The notes under the pieces are model-generated. The model made no database searches. It had not been told where the DNA came from and saw only the letters and a list, made by a program, of their open reading frames with translations. Below are positions 1 to 7,966 of a stretch of 14,621 nt of DNA, piece by piece. The position numbers and the translations under genes are program-made. This stretch comes from Octopus sinensis (lineage: Eukaryota). The stretch covers positions 1 to 14,621 of the forward strand of contig NW_021825739.1 in the NCBI RefSeq assembly GCF_006345805.1, in the 5' to 3' direction. Within the stretch, counting starts at the first letter, position 1, and each line of letters starts with the position of its first letter.

Positions 1-199
1 AAGAAGAAGAAATGATGAGGATGATGAGGATGATGATGATGATGGATGATGATGATGATGATGGTCAAGAAGAAGAAGACGAAAGAAGAAGATAATGATG
101 ATGATGATGATGATGATGATTGATGATGATGATGATGAAGAAGAAGAAGAAGAAGAAGAAGAAGAAGAAGAAGAAGAAGAAGAAGAAGAAGAAGAAGAT
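1..199. repeat. Compound trinucleotide microsatellite, (GAT)n then (GAA)n
   Basis: Direct reading: imperfect GAT tract to ~136, then near-pure GAA to ~198. Confidence 0.97.
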
Positions 200-348
200 A
201 AAAAGAAAGCAAAACATTGAAAAAAAAAGAAGGAAAAATAAAATAACAACAGAGAAAAAGATAGAAAAAGGAGAGAGAAAAAAAGTAAAGAAATCAAGAG
301 AAATATGGTGAATAAAGACAGAATCTCAGTTTGGACATCATTCCATAG

Positions 349-381
349 AAATTAATGTGGACTTTTGTTGAAGAAAGTCAG
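349..381 (+). CDS. Candidate 33-nt coding exon (KLMWTFVEESQ), host gene unknown
   Basis: ttccatag acceptor and CAG|GTCAGT donor; only the phase-0 frame is open. No homology recognised. Confidence 0.25.
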
Positions 382-535
382 GTCAGTTATCAAGTCTCTT
401 GATGATGGAACCGAACAACGAAGAAAAAAATAACAGACAAACAAATAATTAAATGTATAAAAATGGTGGCGAACATCTATAACTGTGTTGGGTTCATTAA
501 TGTTGCTGACCATTGAAGCATACCATTGGCCTTAG

Positions 536-575
536 AGACTATCCAAGACTCCTGTGATCTTCGGCATCATATGCG
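536..575 (+). CDS. Candidate 40-nt coding exon (RLSKTPVIFGIIC+G)
   Basis: ggccttag acceptor and G|GTAAAA donor; phase-compatible with 349-381 across a 154-nt GT..AG intron. Confidence 0.2.
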
Positions 576-747
576 GTAAAAAAAAAAAATAATCCCCATG
601 AACAGCGCCGTCGTATGTGGTCGTCTGCTTAGCTAAATTGTTACGTCATTGATCGTCTGCTTTCTGTCTTTTCTTCCCCGTTTTCGTCCATCTTTGTCCG
701 TGTCAGTCTCGCTGCTCAGCTTTCAGGATGGTGGGATGAGAGGGGAA

Positions 748-748
<1 letters not shown>

Positions 749-793
<45 letters not shown>

Positions 794-845
794 CAGAAAG
801 AAAGAAAGAAAGAAAGAAAGAAATAGACATACAGACAGACAGAGA
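749..845. repeat. (GAAA)n/(GACA)n tetranucleotide microsatellite
   Basis: Direct reading. Confidence 0.95.
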
Positions 846-1009
846 AGAGGTGCTGAGAGATAGATTTTGAGGGACAGAGAGAGTAAGTATATAGAAGGGG
901 GAAACTAAGGGGAGTAAGAGCTAGAGACAGAGAGGGAGGAGATAAAACGCAGGTGAAGATATAGTGAGAGAGGGTAGAATGAAAGTTAACAGATAGACAG
1001 ACAACAGAC

Positions 1010-1965
1010 AAACGATGTGGCTATACTTCGAGCAAAGATAAGAGTAGATAGGGTGTGGGGGAGAGTGTTACTGTTATAGTTACGAGGAAAGGTGTGGAGG
1101 GAAGTGATAAGTGGCTAGATTGAGGAGAAGCTTAGAAAGTGTATTAGAAAGAGTATTGAGGAAAAATAACTGTAATGTGGGTAAGTGAAGAGACAGATAG
1201 CTGCGGTGTGGGATATAAAGAGAGGAAAATAGTTAGTATGTACGGAGTGATACTAAAGGTGTAGAGGGGTGTGTGAAGTCAGAAAAAGCTAAAGTATGGG
1301 TAAGTGAAGAAAGAAAATAGATATGGTATGGGTAAGTGGAAAGAAACATCGCCGTGGAGTGCACAAGTGGACAGAGACAGATACTTCTAGTGTGAGTTAG
1401 GGAAAAGGAATTTCCCATGCTGTGGAAAAGTGGAGAGGACTAGTAGTGGTGTGGTATAGGAATAGAGGAAAATAGCTATTGAATGGGTATAGTAAGAAAG
1501 AAATAGCTATAGTTTGGATTGGAGTAGAGCGAAGTACACATGGTCTTGGAAATGAAAAGCGATGTACTTTTGGTTGGGTAAGTGGGTATAGAAATAGCAA
1601 TTTTGTGAGCAAGGAGAGAGGTAAATATCTGTTGTGTGGGTAAAATAGAGGAAAAAAAATATGGCGTGTTGAAGTGGAAAGAAGATAGCCACGAGGTGGA
1701 TTAGGAGAGGAAGTGAAAAATTATGATGTATGTAGATAAGTGAAGAGAGTGGATAGCTATGTTATAGGTGGGTAAATAGTGACAGAAATAGGTCTGAGGT
1801 TGGCAAATGGAGAGACAGTAGCAATGATGTGGGGAAGAGGGATTCAAAGGAGAGAGAAAGGGACAGAGAGCTATGCATTGGACGAAATGCAAGTGAATTT
1901 GCTATAGTGTAGGTTAATTAGCGACGATCTGGAATAGCTGGAAGATAAGACTGGAATAGCTTATA
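1010..1965. repeat. Degenerate purine-rich minisatellite, 31-32 bp period, approximate consensus TATGGTGTGGGTAAGTGAAGAGAGAAATAGC
   Basis: Alignable units, e.g. 1171-1201, 1202-1233, 1290-1321, 1322-1352, 1353-1384; recurring ATAGC(T) and TGGGTAAGT words at ~31-32 nt spacing. Boundaries approximate. Confidence 0.75.
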
Positions 1966-1988
1966 GTATTCCCCTTCAACCATTTACA

Positions 1989-2388
1989 GGAGTGGCTGTG
2001 TGGCAAGTAGCTTGCTAACCAACCACATGGTTCCGGGTTCAGTCCCACTGCGTGGCATCTTGGGCAAGTGTCTTCTGCTATAGTCCCGGGCCGACCAAAG
2101 CCTTGTGAGTGGATTTGGTAGACGGAAACTGAAAGAAGCCCGTCGTATATATGTATATGTATATATGTATGTGTGTGTTTGTGTGTCTGTGTTTGTCCCC
2201 CTAGCATTGCTTGACAACCGATGCTGGTGTGTTTACGTCCCCGTCACTTAGCGGTTCGGCAAAAGAGACCGATAGAATAAGTACTGGGCTTACAAAGAAT
2301 AAGTCCCGGGGTCGATTTGCTCGACTAAAGGTGGTGCTCCAGCATGGCCACAGTCAAATGACTGAAACAAGTAAAAGAGTAAAAGAGT
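1989..2388 (+). mobile_element. tRNA-headed SINE family A, copy A1 (near full length, internal TA/TG microsatellite)
   Basis: Pol III A-box-like TGGCTGTGTGG (1993-2003), B-box-like GGTTCAGTCCC (2036-2046), CORE-like CTTGGGCAAGTGTCTT, (GTAAAAGA)n tail; aligns with copies at 2584, 6825 and 10046. Confidence 0.93.
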
Positions 2389-2583
2389 ATAAGTGTTTCT
2401 CAACTATTTCTTTTTAACTTGTGGGCCCTTTTGACTCCTGTTTTGCTCGAGTGGACCCTCATAACCATTCAATGTTTAGAAAATCCTATTATATTTTCAT
2501 AATTAAATATTATTAGGAATTGCATTTTTAAAAAATTGTTAAAAATATTTTGTGTATTTTAGATGTATAACCAATTTATTGCA

Positions 2584-2957
2584 TTCTTTTAATCTTTTAC
2601 CTGTTTCAGTCATTTGACTGCGGCCATGCTGAAGCACCGCCTTTAAGTCATGCAAATCGACCCCAGGACTTATTCTTTGTCTCTTTTGCCGAACCGTTAA
2701 GTGACGGGGACGTAAAAACACCAGCATTGGTTGTCAAGGGATGTTGGGGGTCAAACACAGACACACAAACACACACACACATATACATATATACGACGGG
2801 CTTCTTTCAGTTTCCATCTACCAAATCCACTCACAAGGCTTTGGTCGGCCCGAGGCTATAGTAGAAGACACTTGCCCAAGGTGCCACGCAGTGGGACTGA
2901 ACCCGGAACCATGTGGCTGGAAAGCAAGCTATTTGCCACACAGCCACTCCTGCGCCT
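2584..2957 (-). mobile_element. SINE family A, copy A2 (inverted relative to A1; 24-nt internal deletion)
   Basis: Reverse complement aligns end to end with A1; lacks CGATAGAATAAGTACTGGGCTTAC. Confidence 0.93.
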
Positions 2958-3653
2958 ATAAATTTTAACAAAAAAAAATCTTATATGGAACTCTATGAGC
3001 CATATGGACCCCGGGTCAGAACCAGTGATCTGCGTTATCGTGTAGATGGTTGAAGGGTAAGAGAGACTTCGCCGTAGTTCGTGTGTCTGAAGTAAGAACT
3101 ATCCGCTATCGTCCGCACTCTCATTCAATCACAGTATGGGTGAGAGTGCGGGTTGGTAAAGAATGAATTAGCAAGGAAATGTTTGAAGGTGGAACCATGA
3201 GATTGCATTTATAGGGAAATAGTGGGAGGAAGATGACGGTTAAAGCAGAAAGAGGTCGGACACAGCAGTAACTAGAGCAGAGACAATGAGATGAGATGCA
3301 GAGGTATCCTGGAGGTCATCAATGTAGTCCATTCGCTTAGATTTCCAGAATAACTTTGGGTATTTGTTATTTTCTTGTCATGTTATTTTCGTTTCGTTTT
3401 ATGTTGAATTAAGAAACGTCGGAGGTCAAGCCTGATATGGACACTTGAACTTTCACCTTTGCTTCCCACCTCCCGATAGCCCCACCCCCCCCAACACACA
3501 CAAACCTGCCTCATTCAAACGCATATCCGACTGTATGCAAATTCACCATGCGTTACACAATCATAGAGAGACACTGATATATACGTACGCACTCATATAC
3601 ATGCACAAAACATATAGTCCATATTCAAATATTTACACGCGCATATGAATGCA

Positions 3654-3710
<57 letters not shown>

Positions 3711-3790
3711 CATACATACATAACATATATACTTATATACATATATACATACACACACACATATATATATATATATACATATGCACACAC
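3654..3790. repeat. (TA)n/(TACA)n microsatellite
   Basis: Direct reading. Confidence 0.95.
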
Positions 3791-3924
3791 AAGCACTCGG
3801 AATGATACCGATACACAAACCTTACCCCTACCAAAGCTGCTTACGCTCCAAACACACACAACCCCTCCCCCTAATTCCGCCATATTCAAAAGTCAGGGTG
3901 TCTTTGATAAATATCAGTGAACAA

Positions 3925-4135
3925 CCAACAGCGTGAAAGATGGCTGCGATAACAACAACAAGAACATTAACAATAGCAACAACTAAAATAACAATAACAA
4001 AGACAACAAATAATAGTAACATTAATAAAAAGAAACAAAAAGAAACAAGAACAGTAGCGAGAACAAAAATACAAACGAATACCAAAAAACAACAACAGAA
4101 GCAGCAGAAACAACAGCAACAACCGGATGAGATAG
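3925..4135. repeat. Degenerate (AAC)n/(CAG)n low-complexity tract
   Basis: Direct reading; explains the T/N/Q-rich pseudo-ORF 3940-4203. Confidence 0.85.
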
Positions 4136-4244
4136 CAGAAGAGAGGGTCATGGAAGAAGGGCATGAAGGGAATAGGGAGAGGAGGTGTTTAGAAAGGTCA
4201 TAACGCAAAGACATTGTTGAGGAACATTTCAATGTGTGCATGTG

Positions 4245-4925
4245 GATGTGAATCTACATGTGGGTATGCGTGCGTATGTATGTGCCCGTGTGAGAGAATG
4301 TGTGCGTGTGTGTGTGTGAGTGTGTGTGTGAGTGTGTGTGTGTTGTTGTTGTGTGTTTGTGTGTGTTGTGTGTGGTGTGTGAGTGTTGTTGTGTGTGTGT
4401 GTGGTGTGTGTGTTTGTGTGGTGGGGTGTGAGTGTGTGTGTGTGTGCGTGTGTGTTTGTGTGTGTGGTGAGTGTGTGTGTGAGTGGTGGTGTGGTGGTGG
4501 GTGTGGTGTTTGTGTGTGTTTGTGTGAGTGTGTGTGGTGTGTGTGTGGGTGTGTTTGTGTGTGTTTGTGTGTGTTGTGTGAGTGTGTGTGTGTGATGTGT
4601 GTGTGTGTGGTGTGTGGTTTTGTGGTGTGTGTGTGAGTGTGTGGTGGGTGTGTGTGTGTGGTGTGTGGTGTGTGTTGTGTGTGTTTGTGTGTGGTGTGTG
4701 TGTGTGTGTGGTATGCATTTAAGCCACGCGTATCAGAATCAACTGAAACAGGCATAACAGCAATGTCTTTACATTCTCGTGTGTGTGTTGTGTGTGTGAG
4801 TGTGTGTGTGTATGTGTGAGTATGTATATGTGCGTGTGTTTGTGTATATGTTTGTATGTATATATGTGTGTATATATATGTGTTTGTAATTGTGTATAAA
4901 TGCGAACATATATGTGTATATACTT
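4245..4925. repeat. Long imperfect (TG)n/(TGG) tract grading into (TA)(TG), with a unique island at ~4711-4780
   Basis: Direct reading. Confidence 0.95.
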
Positions 4926-6395
4926 GGGAAAACTGCAATCCCTCCCCTAAGTCCACTTTCATAACCTATGATTGAGATTCTTGCAGCAAGCTATGTATCA
5001 TTTTTACGGACTTTACCAGCCTCTCTCTCCCTCTTTCACGAACTAAATTGCGGCTGTTGCCTTCCCCTGGTGATGATGTTTCTTGCACCTTTCCTGCTCC
5101 AGGGTGTGAGCAAGCGTTGCAAGTATCCTATCATGGCACCATTTATATCTACCTTGAGAAAGTACTATTCTGCACCCTGCCAAGATGTGTGAAGGGTGCC
5201 CCTTTCTCCACGATGTCTACACAGCTGCTGTTCCTTCAAAATCTGTCTTTGCAGGTTTGTTAGCGTCTGGGGTAGGGTGTTATACACCGCCCGCAGCAGG
5301 TAAAAGATGCAAAAAGTTCCAGTTTCCACTGGTTAGTCCATGTAAGATTCCTCTTAGGAGGGTCCCATTTAGTCCATACACCCCGAGATACCAGCTCCAC
5401 AGCTCTTTATTTTCTTCGTTCCTCCTCTTAGTACTACACCGCTTCCTGGGTCATAGCCCGCCTCTCCCTGATGTCTACTTTCTTCCATTGTAGGAAATAG
5501 GAAAAACCGAGAACCTGGCGACCCTTGCATGTAACTCCAATAATGTTGCGTAGCTCCAGCATGCCTTCAACCTGAGCAACTGCGGTACTAGCTATTCACT
5601 TTCGCCTAGACCTTGAGGTAGTACCTGTATGTCTGACAACAGCGTTCGGGTGAACCTAAAAGGGCTCTTGACAAATTGCGCTCACTTGGTCACCCTCTCT
5701 TTCCTCCGCTTCTTGGTGCTTTCAACCCTTCTAAACCTTCTCAGACGTTGTCAAATCCCTGATGCCTTTTCTTTCATCACCAGAAGCCCTTTTATATTCC
5801 TTATTGAGGATTTTGATCTCTTCCCTCAGATGGTGCATCTTTCTTTCTCTTTTGCTAAGATACACTTTCAATTGCTGTGGTAACCGGTCTGTCCGCTGTT
5901 ACAAATCGATCTCTCACCAAATTGAATTCTATAGTTACAAGTGAATTCACTTTCTATTCAGCTGTTCCTGACAGCATGCAATCCAATATTACGTCGAGGT
6001 CTTGGTCTACGAGTTGTTGTTGCCATTTCTTTGTTTCATCCATATTGGGCCATTTGATTCGTTCTTTAGCAGGTGACACATGTACTGAGAGACTTCCAGT
6101 CCTGCGTCTTACCAAGTGTTACCATTGTGCAATGCACCTGTACCTCCTCTTTCGACAGCTGGATCTGGTTCGGTGTCTATTCAGCCCTTTCTCATTCTCG
6201 CAGATCTTAACGTAGTGACACTTCCAATACCTTCCCAACTATTGATGTTTCAACAGGTGTCACCACTGAGAACTACAACTCTGGTTCTTCCTTCCCACAA
6301 ACCGACCTGGCACAGTGTATCTTGAGGCCTTTTGCATTCTTGCAGATCTTTCCACGGAGACATTTCACTCCCATTATCTCTCCAGTTAAGACTTA
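4921..6395 (-). mobile_element. Decayed Hero-like non-LTR retrotransposon (RLE class), RT domain deleted, 3' truncated
   Basis: Manual minus-strand translation through stops and frameshifts: two N-terminal zinc-finger-like motifs (CLRGKICKNAKGLKIHCARSVC, 6297-6362; CHYVKICENEKGLNRHRTRSSC, 6155-6220); ERIKWP..WQQQLVDQDLDVILD; SKRERKMHHLREEIKILNKEYKRAS; KERVTK*AQFVKSPFRFTRTLLS. It then jumps to C-terminal TSRSRRK*IASTAVAQVEGMLELRNIIGVTCKGRQVLG, RAVELVSRGVWTKW, LLRAVYNTLP, the CCHC-like CRHRGERGTL/HILAGCRIVLSQGRYKWCHDRILATLAHTLEQER, and MKVDLGEGLQF. These match my recollection of Hero-clade ORFs; the clade call is from memory. Confidence 0.85.
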
Positions 6396-6430
6396 TTAGG
6401 GCTGACTCATACAAGTATATATTATATCAA

Positions 6431-6642
6431 ATTACATATAAAATGCGGAGAGGCGTAGTTCAGGTGTTACACCCATAATAGAAGGGTTGTAGTTTCAACT
6501 CCTGCACTGGTCAAGGCTTTGTGCTCTTGATTACATTACATATGAAATGCGGAGACGCGTGGTTCAGTGGTTAAGGTGTTACACCCATGATCGAAGGGTT
6601 GTAGTTTTAACTCCTGGACTGGTCAAGGCTTTGTGCTCTTGA
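6431..6642 (+). repeat. Local tandem duplication (~100/108 bp) of flank plus SINE C head
   Basis: 6431-6530 and 6535-6642 both start ATTACATAT(A/G)AAATGCGGAGA and end GGTCAAGGCTTTGTGCTCTTGA; copy 1 lacks 8 nt of the A-box region. Confidence 0.9.
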
Positions 6643-6790
6643 CCAAAATACATCATCTCAGGCTGCTCCATTCCACTCATGTGGCAAAAACCATAATCCT
6701 ACGACGGTCGGACGTCCTGCGCAGGTAGTGGGAGAATATAAATACCATGGAACCCGGGAAACAGATCTCATATACCAATGGCATAGGAAG
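6551..6790 (+). mobile_element. tRNA-headed SINE family C, diverged copy
   Basis: GGAGACGCGTGGTTCAGTGGTTAAGGTG head and GCTCCATTCCACTCATGTGGCAAAAA body align to the copy at 13491. 3' boundary approximate. Confidence 0.8.
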
Positions 6791-6824
6791 AATCTTTGGT
6801 CTTTTTTTCTTTTTATCATACACA

Positions 6825-6996
6825 AGGCGTAGCAGTGGCTGTGCAGTAAGTAGCTTGCTTACCTACCACATAGTTCTGGGTTCAGTCCCACTGCGTGGCA
6901 CCTTGGACAAGTGTCTTCTACTATAGCCTCGGGCCGACCAAAGCCTTGTGAGTGGATTTGGTAGACGGAAACTGAAAGAAGCCCGTCGTATATATG

Positions 6997-7037
<41 letters not shown>

Positions 7038-7249
7038 TTGTGTGTTTGTATTTGTCTCCCCTAACATCGCTTGACAACCGATGCTGGTGTGTTTAAGTCC
7101 CCGTAACTTAGCGGTTCGGCAATAGAAACCGATAGAATAAGTACTAGGCACACAAAGAATAAGTCCTGGGGTCGATTTGCTCGACTAAAGGCGGTGCTCC
7201 AGCATGGCCACATTCAAATGACTGAAACAAGTAAAAGAGTAAAAGAGTA
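6825..7249 (+). mobile_element. SINE family A, copy A3
   Basis: Aligns end to end with A1 and A4; GTAAAAGAGTAAAAGAG tail. Confidence 0.93.
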
Positions 7250-7261
7250 AGATTATTTTAG

Positions 7262-7317
7262 ATTGCAGACTTCCAGCAGGTTTACCGTTTCCCAGTGTCA
7301 ACACAACATCACCAGAG
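7262..7317 (+). CDS. Candidate 56-nt coding exon (frame unresolved: xCRLPAGLPFPSVNTTSPE, LQTSSRFTVSQCQHNITR or IADFQQVYRFPVSTQHHQ)
   Basis: attattttag acceptor and GAG|GTATCA donor; a GC-richer island in AT-rich DNA; all three frames open. Confidence 0.35.
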
Positions 7318-7783
7318 GTATCATATTATTTAAGTGATCACTGAATAATCACTATTTGATATAATAATCCTAATTGAAATATTCATTGTATTTATTCATA
7401 TGATATTCCAAGAGATTTGTTTTATACAGTCTACTTTAAGAATTAAATATTTTGATGTGAATAATATAATCATCTTTAAATATTTCACTGTAACTTCTTG
7501 CCTAAAGATTGAATTAACATATTGTTCACCTAATAATTTATTTCGAAGGGGATTTAACGTCAGAAATATAGAGAATTTTTACTCGTAAATTTTGAATTTA
7601 TCATTTTTATTCCAAAGTTATCTTTTACTCGTTTCTTTAAAACAACTTCATACATTATTTCAAACGTTGTAAAAAATTAGAAAGAATTAACTTTATTAAT
7701 TGTAAAACATAAATTATAAAACTAGTTGTGAAATTATAAAAGAAGAAAAAAACTAGCAATCTGATTCATAGAGAATAATACAG

Positions 7784-7887
7784 GTGAATATTTTATATCC
7801 ACAAAGAAGATTTCATGTGGAACAATTAAGGAATATATTACGTTCTACCTTCTACGATATTGAAAACTGTATAGTGCCTTCTCGAAG
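7784..7887 (+). CDS. Candidate 104-nt coding exon (VNILYPQRRFHVEQLRNILRSTFYDIENCIVPSR)
   Basis: CAG acceptor with a weak pyrimidine tract; AAG|GTATAA donor; single frame open throughout. Confidence 0.25.
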
Positions 7888-7966
7888 GTATAAATTTTAA
7901 ATGAAGATTCTTGAATCCCTAGTGATTCTATTCTGGATCATCGGAAGGTGAACGTGGGAAAGTGTT

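Noticed and set aside
349-575. Faint resemblance of FVEESQRLSKTPVIFGIIC to ORC4 (FDISQSAQTPIAVIGLTC, from memory)
   Set aside because: Only a few identities, and the downstream candidate exons do not continue the ORC4 sequence; no gene symbol assigned.
1010-1965. CRISPR-like appearance (semi-regular motif plus variable sequence); also the 11-bp repeat at 11874
   Set aside because: No identical repeats with unique spacers, no cas genes, eukaryotic context; the whole unit is degenerate.
1914-2968. Recurrent ORFs such as YDGLLSVSVYQIHSQGFGRP..EDTCPRCHAVGLNPEPC (also 6859-7151, 10008-10363)
   Set aside because: Translations of SINE family A; they recur because the SINE recurs, not because of a gene family.
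3341-3359. 19-nt microexon (DFQNNFG) as a stand-alone feature
   Set aside because: AG/GT boundaries exist, but such short matches are common by chance; kept only as an optional link in the exon-chain hypothesis.
4203-4774. Imperfect inverted repeat AAAGACATTG(T/C)TG at 4207-4219 and 4758-4770 as possible TIRs
   Set aside because: A 10-bp exact core is expected by chance at this scale; no TSD.
4968-6325. + strand ORFs 4968-5192, 5048-5263, 5185-5493, 5629-5883, 5762-5944, 5877-6215, 6116-6325
   Set aside because: Antisense shadows of the decayed minus-strand LINE ORF.
6330-6430. Self-cleaving ribozyme (HDV-like or hammerhead) at the LINE 5' end or elsewhere
   Set aside because: I saw no CUGAUGA..GAAA core or nested double pseudoknot by eye; an Infernal or RNAbob search would be needed to exclude it.
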